39,004 nt of DNA from the IMG/VR virus record IMGVR_UViG_3300042402_007287; one strand, 5' to 3'. The first letter of the stretch is position 1, and each line of letters opens with the position of its first letter. The DNA is from a virus. Its lineage: Duplodnaviria; Heunggongvirae; Uroviricota; Caudoviricetes. This document shows positions 17,645 through 27,889 of this stretch, piece by piece. The notes under the pieces are model-generated. The model was not told the origin of the DNA, searched no databases, and was given only the letters and a program-made list of their open reading frames with translations. A program made the translations under genes and the position numbers.

Positions 17645-17701
17645 TTAAACTAATGTATATCCTATAATTATAAGGATTAGAATTATTTTATAAATCTAAA
17701 A

Positions 17702-18358
17702 TCAACATAAACCATAATCCAAGATAATTCCTGAAGAATCAATTTGGACTGAATAGTTGTTTCCATTGAACTCCATAAGTAACCAATTACTTCCACCATT
17801 GAACGGTGAATAAAGAACAGAATTATTTTGTACTGTATAAACTTTAGCACCTACAACAGGTACTAAGTTAGCTTCGGCAATATAAGTATAATAATTTTGA
17901 ATTGTTACATGGTCGTTACAACATTCACCTGATGAAGGCCACGTTCTATCTGTACAACCCTGACCCACAGCATGTGAGGCGATGTTTGGTGTCACAGAAA
18001 TAGTAGGTGTTTGGGTGGGAGTAGATGTTAAAGTTGGAGTATTACTCGGTGATTGTGTTGGTGAAACCGTGGGTGTTTGTGTTTGAGTTAGAGTTTGAGT
18101 TGGGCTTATGGTTGGTGTTGGAGTAAAACTCGGTGTAGGTGTGGGAGTAATCGGAAATGGTAAACCTAACTCACAACCCTGAGTATCAACAATTTTTATT
18201 ATGAAATCAGAGTCACAATAAGGCACTGGAACATCAAAAACAAATGGAAAAGTCGCAACTGTTGAGACGTACACACATGAGGCACTCATTGCGTCACAAT
18301 AATAAATGTCTACGGGGGTGTTAGCAGTTAAAGATTTTATGGTTATTTGTTCACTCAT
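17702..18358 (-). CDS. Pro/Thr-linker protein with N- and C-terminal Cys-containing beta domains
   Basis: Start reassigned to MSEQ at 18358 (ATGA overlap with the upstream gene); TPTPT linker of about 60 aa. Confidence 0.7.
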   Translation of the reverse strand: MSEQITIKSLTANTPVDIYYCDAMSASCVYVSTVATFPFVFDVPVPYCDSDFIIKIVDTQGCELGLPFPITPTPTPSFTPTPTISPTQTLTQTQTPTVSPTQSPSNTPTLTSTPTQTPTISVTPNIASHAVGQGCTDRTWPSSGECCNDHVTIQNYYTYIAEANLVPVVGAKVYTVQNNSVLYSPFNGGSNWLLMEFNGNNYSVQIDSSGIILDYGLC

Positions 18359-18567
18359 TCTGCAGTATTGATTATTTGGCAACCTTGAGCATCGACTAAT
18401 TTTAACATATAAACAGTAAGTTCGTCGTAAGGTTTTGGTATTTCAAAAGTGAAAGGTATTGTTGATGTTTCTGTTATATAGAAACAATTTGTACCGAGTT
18501 CATCACATATGTAGACATCATATGGAGAGGTACCTGTAACCGCATCTATTGAAATAAGTTTTGACAT
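18355..18567 (-). CDS. Small beta-domain protein, paralogue of the N-terminus of 17702-18358
   Basis: Shared pattern P.D(I/V)Y.CD....C.Y.......PF.F..P.PY.......K.VD.QGC. Confidence 0.7.
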   Translation of the reverse strand: MSKLISIDAVTGTSPYDVYICDELGTNCFYITETSTIPFTFEIPKPYDELTVYMLKLVDAQGCQIINTAE

Positions 18568-18568
18568 A

Positions 18569-21500
18569 TTATGATTGTGGATAAGTTATTTCGAAATATA
18601 TTATGTCACCCGCACTCAAATCTTTAGGACAAGGTACTGATATACAATTTATATCAGACAATACTGATGTTAAAATCTCACCATTTGGAATCGATAAATT
18701 GTTTGGTCTAAATTCTACTTTAGTACCAATAAATACGTTGTTTATGTAAGTGTTCACGTTGAATACTAAGTAAGGTGTACTCGCTGAAATTATTACACCT
18801 AAATCTATAAAATCATACTGATAAGAAGTCCCGCCTGATATTGGTATGTTTACAAGTTTCGAAACTACTCCACCTCCAGCAATCACCTCTGAGTCAGGGA
18901 ACAATTCGAAATTGAAGTTAGGGTCACCTGTGGTAAACTTAGTTCCATAGTTGGGACTATTCAAGTTTGTTGTATTACCGCTTGGTATAATTAAATCTAT
19001 TGATTCCTCCACTGACCATTGGAACGTTACAGGAACTGTCTGTGATAAACATGTTGTACAATCATTGTATTGTACTTGTCCGAATCCTGCGAAATAGTTA
19101 CCTGTCCAAATTATTTGTGTAGTACCAGGATTTGAATATGGTGTTGTCACAATACCCAAATATTCCCAACAATAATTTCCTTGTCTGAAAGTTTTATTCA
19201 GTGTAATTGGGAACTGAAGTGGTGACGTTTGGAAAACAATTGTGGCACTGTCTATTTGGTCACATTGTTTGAAAACATAATAAATAGTTGGTGTTGCAGA
19301 TGGTGTTGGTGGTGGTGTACAAATGTTACCACAGAATCCCCTTTGACTCGCAATAAATGGCGGTGGAACCAATTCGGTGCAAACCAAGGTACCCTCAACT
19401 GCACAAACCGCATTTTTAGCTTGGTTAGCCAATAATGTTGTTTCCAACGTACCATCACAACTGAAATACTCAAATGAATATTGATTATAATTAGGTGAAC
19501 CATCGTCAATCAAAACCAAATAGTTTATACATGCCGCACAACTTGGTGTAGGTGTATTAGATGGTGTAATAGATGGGGTATTAGTAGGTGTTTTGGTCAT
19601 GGTCGGTGTTTGAGTGGGAGTGGGTTCAGGTGTTGCTCCAATTGATTGAGTTGGACTTGGTGTAATTTGTGGTGTTCTCGTCGGAGTTTGAGTAGGTGTT
19701 TGAGTGGATGTCTGAGTTTGAGTAGGTGTTTGAGTGGCAGTAGGTGTTTTAGTCGGAGTCGGAGTAATTGTTGCTGTTTGTGTTGGTAAACAGAATGAAC
19801 AATTACCAAACACATTTTGAATATCAGTTACTATTGTGTTAGGAGATAATGTCTCTGTATCACCCACGTAGGTTACACACATAGGATTACCGTTCAGAGT
19901 GGCATAAATCACAGTGCCTGGTACCACAACGTTATTTCCGACCACCAAATCACTCGCGGTATAATATCTTTCTCCTGTTGAACAATTTTCTAATATTTTC
20001 ACATTCACACAGTTGAATGGTGAATTCACTATGTTGAAACTTACCAACCCACCAGCTGGGATGGGTGAAGCAACAGGAGTTTTAGTAGGAGTAGGTGATG
20101 GTGTGGCCGTAGGTGTAGATTGTAAAACACTGAACAAGACACTTTTTCCTGAACAACCAACCGTTGCTGAAGGTGTAGGTGTAAGTCCAAATCCTGTAAA
20201 TGTAAAATCAACATCATCACAATCTATACTAGGCGATGGGGTTGGTACAGGTTCCCAATCACAATCAAAATACGCAACAAAATCAATTGTACATGCCGAT
20301 GGAGATGGAGTTGGGGTTGGACACGGACCTGAGTTGAAAAAATTCGCAGATATATCAGGACAACTAGAGTACAAAGGTGTTGCACCTTGTAATATACAGG
20401 CTCCTCCCAAAGTTTCAGAAAGACACCAATAATTTTCTGTTGAGGATGTAAAATAATAAATTACGGCGGTTGTTAAACCATCACCAGAGTATGTTGGTCT
20501 GTTGTTAAAAAATGAACCTTCACTGTAGTTTCCAGTGTATGCACTGAGTGATGGTAAATTAGTTTGAAGACAAAAATCAGTGCTAGTACAACCCGATGGA
20601 GTTGGAGAAGGTGTGGGGGTAATAGTTGGTGTTGCTGATGTAATTGTGGGGGTTGGTGTAGTTTTACAATAGAAACAACTTTTAAAATCAGGCTCCCCAA
20701 AATATGGTCCACCAGGTCCTGAAAATTCAATAAACTCATAACATTCCCCTTGGTAGATGTAGGCCGCCCCATCGAAAGCAACATCTTCATCAACAGTGGC
20801 ATATAATACAGCCCCGTCTGAACATCTGGCAAAAAGAGCTGCCCTCCAATTAGTTCTCGGACAAACATCTGCTTCACATCCCGCAATATTAGTAAATGTA
20901 ACACCATTCGAATTATAGATTGGTCCTGTCTCAAATCCAGAAACCACTGTAGCACATCCCGAAAACTCCAAACTTCCTGAGATGTAATATGTTTCATCCA
21001 AGGGTAATGCCATCATTGATGGACCACCGAATCTAAAGATAAATTCTAAATTATCACAATCTTGGAATTGGACAATATTCAAAGGGGTACTTGTGGGTGT
21101 CGGTGTTTGAGTTGGAGTAGTATTTGGGGTTTGGGTCTGAGTTGGAGTAGGACTAGAAGGTGGTGTTGAGGTGGGTGTTTCAGTAGCTGTGGGCGATGCT
21201 CCTATAGTTGAAGTGGTTGTTGGTGTTTGTGTATTAGTTGGAGTTTCCGTTGGCGTTTCTGTTGGGGTGGTAGTTGGTGTTTGTGTATTAGTTGGAGTTT
21301 CCGTTGGCGTTTCTGTTGGGGTGGTAGTTGGTGTCGGAGTAACACAACAATCAACAAATGTGTCCGTCCCGTAAGAACTTACAGGAAAGAGTGTTATGTT
21401 GTTTTTGTAATAGTATGTTGCTTGAACATAATTTGCACAGAATGAATTGTTAAATGTTCCCGCATACGCAAAACTTGCAGTATTGAGAACATTATAACAA

Positions 21501-23488
21501 TCGTAGTAATCGATAAACACGGTATTATTGAGACTCGAAGGTGTATTACCTGTAGCATCGTCCAAGTCGGCCTGAGCTATTGTAACATCGAAATATGTGC
21601 AATTACAGGGAGTTGAAGGGGTTGGAGTTTGTGTTGGCGTCTCTGTAGTGGTCGGAGTTGCCGATGTATCAACAGTAGGTGTATTTGTCGGGGTTTCTGT
21701 GGTGGTTGGGGTAGGTGTTGGAGTCTCTGTAGTAGTTGGTGTTGCTGAGGTATCAACGGTAGGTGTTTGTGATGGTGTTTCAGTGGGAGTAGTAGTTGGA
21801 GTAGGTGTAATACAACAATCAACAAATGTGTCCGTATCAAAGGACGATACAGGAAAGAGCGCTGTATTGTTTTTATAATAATATGTTGCCTGAACATAAT
21901 TCGCGCAAAAAGAATTATTAAAAGTACCCGCATCGACATAACTCAACGTGTTCAATACGTTGTAACAATCATAATAATCAACGAAAATTGTGTTGTTCAA
22001 AGATGATGGTGTATTACCTGTCGCATCATCTAAATCCGCCTGAGCAATCGTAACATCAAAGAATGTACAATTACAAGGAGTTGATGGGGTAGGTGTTGGG
22101 GTTGGTGTTTCTGTATTAGTTGGAGTTGGAGACAAATCAAATGTAGGTGTGGTCGTTGGTGTCTCAGTTGTAGTAGGTGTTTCAGTTGGAGTTTCTGTAG
22201 GCGTTTCAGTTGGCGTGTCTGTTGGAGCTGGAATTGGAGGGTCTGGGTCTGTTGGGGTAGGTGTTGGTGTTTCTGTATTTGTGGGTGTATTAGTGGGAGT
22301 TTCTGTATTTGTGGGTGTATTAGTTGGAGTTTCTGTGTTTGTGGGTGTATTTGTAGGTGTTTCAGTTGGAGTTTCTGTAGGCGTTTCAGTTGGCGTTTCA
22401 GTTGCAGTTGGTGTTCCTCCCACTGTAGCTGTTGTTGAGGGTGTCGGACTATTTGATGCGGTGTTTGTTGGAGTCTGCGTTGGTGTTTCAGTTGGTGTCT
22501 CGGTGGTTGTAGGTGTTGTTGAAGGTGTGTTAGTAGGACTTTCGGTCAAAGTGGTAGTGGTTGTTGGAGTTTGTGTTGGTGTTTCTGATGGCGTTTGAGT
22601 TGGTGTCTCGGTGGGTGTTTCCGTGGGTTTCTCAGTAATTGTGGGTGTTGTTGAAGGTGTGTTAGTAGGACTTTCGGTCAAAGTGGTAGTGGTTGTTGGA
22701 GTTTGTGTTGGTGTTTCAGTAGGACTTTCTGTAATAGTAGGCGTGTTGGTAGGAGTTTCTGATGGAGTTTGAGTTGGTGTCTCTGTCGGAGTCGCCGATG
22801 GTTCAGGTTCAAATCCACAAATATAGTACGGATTACCCTCGAAAGTAACTTGGGTAGGTGTGACCCCAGTTACTGTGATGTTAGCACTTGACGTGGGACT
22901 TCCCTGAATGAAAGTATTTGAGGTTTCTGCCGATTGAGAACCTGACCCTATAGTCAAAGTCCAATCAGAAGTATTTGTGTCGGTGCTGATTGTTCCACTG
23001 ACTGTGACACTTTCGTCAACAGGCCAAGGATTCAAAGCAACGTTTACACCAAAATAATTATAAATTCCTGATTGTGGAATGGGAGAAATTTCAGTAGCCA
23101 CAATGTTTACACAAGAAATAGGTGTCGGTGATGGTGTGGGTGAAAGTGTGGACGTAGGAGGTATGATGTTTTTAGCAACAATCTCAACATCGTTTGATGT
23201 TGTAACATTTATAGTTGTAAAATCGTATATACCATCTCCCGTCCAACTGAGTTGTTGGTTTAAACTATTATCAATATATAATTCCAAATAAGGAAAACTG
23301 TCGGTTACACCAGTCCATCCTACTTCTACAATACCTGAAAAGTTTTCAGTATCTCCAGAAACATAATTTCCTGATTCACTAGGACCAATTGGAAAACTAC
23401 CAACAAGATTGCTATACAATGAGGGTGTAATACCGGTTATTGAGCCAGTAGTCAAAGAAAGGTCATAAAGTGCGGAAAATACACCCAT
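18569..23488 (-). CDS. Large (1639 aa) mucin-like virion protein: Cys-rich modules separated by long Thr/Pro linkers
   Basis: Hundreds of residues of [12 protein letters not shown], several Cys modules and an internal domain duplication. Confidence 0.75.
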   Translation of the reverse strand: MGVFSALYDLSLTTGSITGITPSLYSNLVGSFPIGPSESGNYVSGDTENFSGIVEVGWTGVTDSFPYLELYIDNSLNQQLSWTGDGIYDFTTINVTTSNDVEIVAKNIIPPTSTLSPTPSPTPISCVNIVATEISPIPQSGIYNYFGVNVALNPWPVDESVTVSGTISTDTNTSDWTLTIGSGSQSAETSNTFIQGSPTSSANITVTGVTPTQVTFEGNPYYICGFEPEPSATPTETPTQTPSETPTNTPTITESPTETPTQTPTTTTTLTESPTNTPSTTPTITEKPTETPTETPTQTPSETPTQTPTTTTTLTESPTNTPSTTPTTTETPTETPTQTPTNTASNSPTPSTTATVGGTPTATETPTETPTETPTETPTNTPTNTETPTNTPTNTETPTNTPTNTETPTPTPTDPDPPIPAPTDTPTETPTETPTETPTTTETPTTTPTFDLSPTPTNTETPTPTPTPSTPCNCTFFDVTIAQADLDDATGNTPSSLNNTIFVDYYDCYNVLNTLSYVDAGTFNNSFCANYVQATYYYKNNTALFPVSSFDTDTFVDCCITPTPTTTPTETPSQTPTVDTSATPTTTETPTPTPTTTETPTNTPTVDTSATPTTTETPTQTPTPSTPCNCTYFDVTIAQADLDDATGNTPSSLNNTVFIDYYDCYNVLNTASFAYAGTFNNSFCANYVQATYYYKNNITLFPVSSYGTDTFVDCCVTPTPTTTPTETPTETPTNTQTPTTTPTETPTETPTNTQTPTTTSTIGASPTATETPTSTPPSSPTPTQTQTPNTTPTQTPTPTSTPLNIVQFQDCDNLEFIFRFGGPSMMALPLDETYYISGSLEFSGCATVVSGFETGPIYNSNGVTFTNIAGCEADVCPRTNWRAALFARCSDGAVLYATVDEDVAFDGAAYIYQGECYEFIEFSGPGGPYFGEPDFKSCFYCKTTPTPTITSATPTITPTPSPTPSGCTSTDFCLQTNLPSLSAYTGNYSEGSFFNNRPTYSGDGLTTAVIYYFTSSTENYWCLSETLGGACILQGATPLYSSCPDISANFFNSGPCPTPTPSPSACTIDFVAYFDCDWEPVPTPSPSIDCDDVDFTFTGFGLTPTPSATVGCSGKSVLFSVLQSTPTATPSPTPTKTPVASPIPAGGLVSFNIVNSPFNCVNVKILENCSTGERYYTASDLVVGNNVVVPGTVIYATLNGNPMCVTYVGDTETLSPNTIVTDIQNVFGNCSFCLPTQTATITPTPTKTPTATQTPTQTQTSTQTPTQTPTRTPQITPSPTQSIGATPEPTPTQTPTMTKTPTNTPSITPSNTPTPSCAACINYLVLIDDGSPNYNQYSFEYFSCDGTLETTLLANQAKNAVCAVEGTLVCTELVPPPFIASQRGFCGNICTPPPTPSATPTIYYVFKQCDQIDSATIVFQTSPLQFPITLNKTFRQGNYCWEYLGIVTTPYSNPGTTQIIWTGNYFAGFGQVQYNDCTTCLSQTVPVTFQWSVEESIDLIIPSGNTTNLNSPNYGTKFTTGDPNFNFELFPDSEVIAGGGVVSKLVNIPISGGTSYQYDFIDLGVIISASTPYLVFNVNTYINNVFIGTKVEFRPNNLSIPNGEILTSVLSDINCISVPCPKDLSAGDIIYFEITYPQS
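21335..22087 (-). repeat. Internal duplication of a 6-Cys domain of about 95 aa (copies at about 21805-22087 and 21335-21619)
   Basis: PSTPCNCT(F/Y)[24 protein letters not shown]...FVDCC twice, 468 nt apart; 12 amino-acid differences by manual alignment. Confidence 0.9.
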
Positions 23489-23585
23489 TAAAAAATTCTA
23501 TTTATACAATAAATAACCCGATTGAGGATTTTATACATTTAAAATATAATTTCATAAACATTTAAATAAAGGAAGGGTTTGATAA

Positions 23586-23593
23586 TATTTATA
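23586..23593 (+). promoter_or_regulatory. TATTTAT(A/T) motif, putative phage late promoter
   Basis: TATTTATAAGT-ATG. The same motif lies 3-4 nt before the ATGs at 3916 and 15514, and also at 23508-23515 and 1185-1192. Confidence 0.45.
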
Positions 23594-23596
23594 AGT

Positions 23597-23782
23597 ATGA
23601 AATTATTGAAGACAATAAAGAAAATTATTCAAGAGGCCGAAGAACAATATAATTTAGCCTGCGAGAGTAATACACCTATTGAAGAGTTAGATAGGCTTGA
23701 AAAGCATTACAAAGATTCACTCAGACTGATGAAACTTTATAATGGAAAAGAAAAAGAAAGTTTGAAAAAAACTTCTAAATAA
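23597..23782 (+). CDS. Small helical hypothetical protein
   Basis: MKLLKTIKKIIQEAEEQY...; fills the gap between two minus-strand blocks; upstream TATTTATA motif. Confidence 0.6.
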   Translation: MKLLKTIKKIIQEAEEQYNLACESNTPIEELDRLEKHYKDSLRLMKLYNGKEKESLKKTSK

Positions 23783-23784
23783 TT

Positions 23785-25149
23785 TTATTTGTAATTTTCT
23801 AAGTAAAACTTCAAATCTTCAGGAGTACCGAGTCCGAACATTTTTTCTACATCATAGGTCTTTATTCTTTTTTTATCCTCAATAGCCTCATTAAAAACGG
23901 GACAAACATAAAATTCATTATTGGTTCTTATGTTTTTTGAAATCATTTGTTCTGCATATCTTACATAATCACTTCCTTTCGACCAATAGTAAATCCCAAC
24001 AGTTGCTTTGTCTGAAATAGGTTTTTTTTCTGCAACCTCGGTAACATATCCGAATTCATCACATTTAACGAACGACCATTTTGGATGGGTGGATTTGAAA
24101 GTGAGGATAGCAGCATCTAATTTAGTTTCATAAACTTTATAAAGAAACTCATTTGAGTTCCACTCTACGTATTGGTCTGAGTTTGAAATAAGAAGAGGTC
24201 GTTCATTATTTATTAAACTCTTAGCCAAAAGAGTGGTCACTGCGGCACCTTGTGTAACACCATCAACCTCAACAATTTGACAATTTGGCGTTATCAAGTT
24301 TAATAGGGTATCAAGATTATATTTTTCCCTGTGATTCCTCTGAACGATATAAATAAAATTAGCATCAATATTCAAATTTTCGACAATAACTTTAATCATG
24401 GGCTCTCCATTCACATCAATCAATGGTTTTGGGAAGGTATATCCCGCATTTTCGAATCTAGAACCAGCTCCCGCCATAGGAATTAGTACGTTCAAATTAT
24501 TATCTTTCCACTTAGGTTTTTTGTAAACTATATTTTTTTCCAAAATTGATAAAATTTTTTCGTATGTGACATCCTCGGGATTGTTGACCCTGAGTACGTG
24601 AGCTTTACTTCTATTTGCAGCCAACAAACCGTGTGGTGAATCCTCTATTATAAGTGTCTCGTCAGGTAAAAAACCCATACTACTCATAGCAGACCAATAA
24701 ATTTCGGGATGTGGTTTACCGTTTTTAACATCTTCGTTAGAAAGAATCAAATCCATGAACTCAATCAATCCAAGCTTGGATAACATGATAAGAACAGAAC
24801 GACGGATAGAATTAGAACAACATGCAATTTTAAAATTTTTTTCTCTAAGTTTTTTCATTATTTCTATCAGTCTATTGTTTGGAGAAAGTTTACTGATAGA
24901 ATTCAAAGTCAAATTCTGTTTTAGTTCCCAAATTTCTTTATAAAACTCTTCCGATAAACCCTTTTCTTTGGTGAGAATTTTTAGTTTTTCATAGGTTTTC
25001 AAACCGTCGTAAATTGATAGATGTTCCTTTTCTGAGATAATAAAATTAGAACCCCCAATTGACTCTATGGCGTTATTTAAAGTTAGAAAATGTATGTGTT
25101 TAGTTTCGACTAAAACCCCATCCAAATCAAAAATTATGAGTTTTATCAT
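23785..25149 (-). CDS. HAD phosphatase / sugar-phosphate nucleotidyltransferase fusion
   Basis: N-terminal FDLDGVLV, CCSNS, GKPHP, IEDS (HAD); C-terminal LIPMAGAGSRF...PKPLI, ISNSDQ, VAEKKP, GLGTPED (NTP transferase). Confidence 0.88.
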   Translation of the reverse strand: MIKLIIFDLDGVLVETKHIHFLTLNNAIESIGGSNFIISEKEHLSIYDGLKTYEKLKILTKEKGLSEEFYKEIWELKQNLTLNSISKLSPNNRLIEIMKKLREKNFKIACCSNSIRRSVLIMLSKLGLIEFMDLILSNEDVKNGKPHPEIYWSAMSSMGFLPDETLIIEDSPHGLLAANRSKAHVLRVNNPEDVTYEKILSILEKNIVYKKPKWKDNNLNVLIPMAGAGSRFENAGYTFPKPLIDVNGEPMIKVIVENLNIDANFIYIVQRNHREKYNLDTLLNLITPNCQIVEVDGVTQGAAVTTLLAKSLINNERPLLISNSDQYVEWNSNEFLYKVYETKLDAAILTFKSTHPKWSFVKCDEFGYVTEVAEKKPISDKATVGIYYWSKGSDYVRYAEQMISKNIRTNNEFYVCPVFNEAIEDKKRIKTYDVEKMFGLGTPEDLKFYLENYK

Positions 25150-25574
25150 TTTCTATATTCTAATGGTTTATCAGTACAGACCCCATATAATGTATCAGGG
25201 AGTATTTTATAATCAAGTTCAACAATGATACTCTCAGGGACAATTACGTTGTAATTACACCAAATAAAACCTTTACTCGTAATTGTCATTCTGTCATTTT
25301 CGTGCCAAAACCAATTTAATTCTGTTTGTTTCAAAATTCTTATTGAATCTAAATTTTTTGAATGAACCCACAAATTATCTTTCACTTCGTAAAGCCATTC
25401 TAGTGTCACAGATTCCTCAGGACTATCGTGACCCAAAAAAAAACCTTTTTCTGTATGCCAAAAATCAATCTCAACATCAAATCCTAATTCTATTGCTCTA
25501 ACCACACTTGATTTCTTGTTCTCTTCGTCCACTTTATTACCAAATAAATTTCCTCGGTGTGATATAATTTTCAT
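25146..25574 (-). CDS. Small GDPD / PLC-like phosphodiesterase-fold protein
   Basis: IISHRGN...EN...GFDVEID...LGHD...WVHSKN motifs. Confidence 0.75.
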   Translation of the reverse strand: MKIISHRGNLFGNKVDEENKKSSVVRAIELGFDVEIDFWHTEKGFFLGHDSPEESVTLEWLYEVKDNLWVHSKNLDSIRILKQTELNWFWHENDRMTITSKGFIWCNYNVIVPESIIVELDYKILPDTLYGVCTDKPLEYRK

Positions 25575-25581
25575 ATTCCTA

Positions 25582-26418
25582 TTATTTTGAGGCTAAACAA
25601 ATTCCTTCGTGGGAATGTAAAAGATACCCGTTCGATTTTAGATAATCGGTAAGAATTTCTTTTTGCTCTGGCACAAGATTATAATCTTCAAATATTATAA
25701 AATTTGTTAGAAATTTAGGGTGAAGTGATAATATTAAATTTGCATCCAATCCTTCGACATCTAAGTGAATCCAATCTAGTTTACCATCGCAATTTTTTTC
25801 AATGAAGTCGTTGATACTCATAGAATCTCTGACTGTACAATTTATCTCTTCTTTTTCCCAATTTTTAATCACAGTTTCATCCACACTATTTGTATAACCT
25901 TGACCCCCTTCATAGAATTTTACTTCACCCCCATTTGGAGTAATCAATTGTCTAAATGTTTTTATACAAGAATTATTATTGTAATTTAAGTTCAACTTGT
26001 TAAATTGTTTTTCGGACGCCTCAACTAAAAACATCTTAGCTTCTCTTCTCAAAGCAATTGGTACCCATTCACCAAATTCCCCATCATGTGTACCGATAAC
26101 CAAACCTTTTGGAAAAATACCATTAGAAATGAGTTTTTTATTATACAAAAATAAAGCCTTGTAAAAATAGTTACCATGCTCTATGACGTCCCAATTTTTT
26201 CTATACAAAATATGACCAAAAGAGTCAGAAATTTCTACGTCAAACATCTCAGTGTTTGGATAAGTTGCAAACCAAAAATCATGAACATTTGTTTCCCATT
26301 GTGTCTCTCCACTGACATGTTTTTTTATTTTTAGCCTCAAAGGTAAATTATTGTTGAACTTACTTATTTCACCAAAGTCAACTCGTATACCGTCTTTATT
26401 ATAAGTAACATTTATCAT
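25582..26418 (-). CDS. FkbM-family O-methyltransferase with an N-terminal beta domain
   Basis: GLVIGTHDG, FLVEAS, IHLDVEG motifs. Confidence 0.78.
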   Translation of the reverse strand: MINVTYNKDGIRVDFGEISKFNNNLPLRLKIKKHVSGETQWETNVHDFWFATYPNTEMFDVEISDSFGHILYRKNWDVIEHGNYFYKALFLYNKKLISNGIFPKGLVIGTHDGEFGEWVPIALRREAKMFLVEASEKQFNKLNLNYNNNSCIKTFRQLITPNGGEVKFYEGGQGYTNSVDETVIKNWEKEEINCTVRDSMSINDFIEKNCDGKLDWIHLDVEGLDANLILSLHPKFLTNFIIFEDYNLVPEQKEILTDYLKSNGYLLHSHEGICLASK

Positions 26419-26963
26419 TTTTTATGTTTTTCAATGAAATAATTTATATCGGAACTCCAAAGAATCATTCCCTCCTCTTTGATTTTGCTTTCATCCCAAG
26501 ACCACCATTCTATTTTCAGTAACTCTTCAATTTGACTTTTATCGAAGCGGTATTTTAATAATTTTGCAGGATTGCCACCCACTATGGAATATGGTTCAAC
26601 ATCTTTTGTCACCAACGCACCCGCAGCTACTATGGCACCATCCCCTATTTTCACTCCTGACATAATTGTTGATTTAGCACCAATCCAAACATCATTACCC
26701 ACAATAATATCCCCTTTACAAGATGGATGACCCATTTGCATGTGAAGAGATGCTATCTCAGGAGTAACAGGTCCCCAAAGTTGTGAGCTAGTTGTAATCC
26801 AATCAGGTCGGTGATTGGCGTGTAAGAAAAAATTACAATCTCTACCTATCGAACAATATTTACCAACTCTAACTTTATACTCATCGCTCCAAGAAATTAT
26901 ATTGACATTCCTGTCAAAATAAGTTCCTCTGTCGGCTAACCATAAATGAAGATTTTCTATCAT
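26415..26963 (-). CDS. Hexapeptide-repeat (LbH, CatB/Vat-like) O-acetyltransferase
   Basis: VGKYCSIG, H..DWITT, IIVGNDVWIG, IGDGAIVAAGALVTKDVEPYSIVGGNPAK. Confidence 0.88.
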   Translation of the reverse strand: MIENLHLWLADRGTYFDRNVNIISWSDEYKVRVGKYCSIGRDCNFFLHANHRPDWITTSSQLWGPVTPEIASLHMQMGHPSCKGDIIVGNDVWIGAKSTIMSGVKIGDGAIVAAGALVTKDVEPYSIVGGNPAKLLKYRFDKSQIEELLKIEWWSWDESKIKEEGMILWSSDINYFIEKHKK

Positions 26964-27889
26964 AATTTCTGAAGTGTGTTATGTTTAATTTTTTTTATTA
27001 TCTCTGTAATGTTTTTATTTGTATCAGCAATTTGTATACTAGTATTCTTTATTTCATTTTTCTTATATCCCAAATCAATTAAATCAAGGTTATTAATTTT
27101 ACGGGTATATTTTATATTATCTATAATAATTTTGACTTCGATTTCATCGGTTATGTCGTAAAAAAATAATTTTACATTTTCATCTTGTTCATCATTTTTT
27201 TCTATAAAAAACTTGACGGAATCAAATGGTGAAAAATTTAAAAAATCCTTATTCTCGTAATAAAATATTTCATCTTCTACCGGTATTTTTTCTATGTCAG
27301 AATTCAATTGTTTCCGATATACCTCTAACCAAGAAAAAGCATCACTGTTTTCCACACTTAAATAATTTTTCAAAGTAATCATAGAAGAAAATTTTTCTAA
27401 GTTTAACCTATCGAATATCATAAAGTGTAATCCAAAGGGCCAAATTTGATTATCTCTTTTGGATGGAAAAATTGAACATTTTCTATCGGAATTGAAAAAT
27501 TCTTTGAAGTCCTCTGTGATTTTAATATCATATATCATGTGAAAAAATTGTTCATATCCAAAGGTTAGTGCAATATCACTCAATTGTTTGACTTGATACA
27601 ATCCCGCAAAACCATAATCTGCGTATGTCACAGATAATTTGTAACTAGAATTATTATTACTTAGAATTCTCCAATAAAACATCGAACGTTCAGGCCAATC
27701 TAAAATTGGATTATCTTTTGTAATAAAAAAGTAATCACACATTTCCGTAATTTTCTTATCTATAACAAAAGGACTTATAACCAAAACATCAATACCTTGG
27801 GACTTGACTATTGATATGTTTTTTTTTAAAACATCTAACTTTTCATTTGTATCACAAAAGGAACTTATTAGTGCGATTTTTTTATTCAT
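26960..27889 (-). CDS. Hypothetical protein of the glycosylation locus (GT-like)
   Basis: 309 aa coupled by ATGA overlaps; IALISSF start and HMIYD motif; no family recognised with confidence. Confidence 0.5.
   Translation of the reverse strand: MNKKIALISSFCDTNEKLDVLKKNISIVKSQGIDVLVISPFVIDKKITEMCDYFFITKDNPILDWPERSMFYWRILSNNNSSYKLSVTYADYGFAGLYQVKQLSDIALTFGYEQFFHMIYDIKITEDFKEFFNSDRKCSIFPSKRDNQIWPFGLHFMIFDRLNLEKFSSMITLKNYLSVENSDAFSWLEVYRKQLNSDIEKIPVEDEIFYYENKDFLNFSPFDSVKFFIEKNDEQDENVKLFFYDITDEIEVKIIIDNIKYTRKINNLDLIDLGYKKNEIKNTSIQIADTNKNITEIIKKIKHNTLQKL

Noticed and set aside
19229-23291. Val/Gly-rich plus-strand ORFs (e.g. 20013-20432, 21597-21878, 22149-22598) and alternative minus-strand frames
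   Set aside because: Antisense or frame shadows of Thr/Pro codons in the 1639-aa gene; no independent signals.
17702-23488. Programmed frameshift or read-through fusing the 1639-, 70- and 218-aa genes
   Set aside because: Junctions are ordinary TAA-A-ATG and ATGA couplings with no slippery sequence, and each gene has its own plausible start.
26415-26963. Antibiotic-resistance gene (catB/vat)
   Set aside because: The LbH fold is shared with sugar O-acetyltransferases, and the gene is translationally coupled inside a glycosylation operon.
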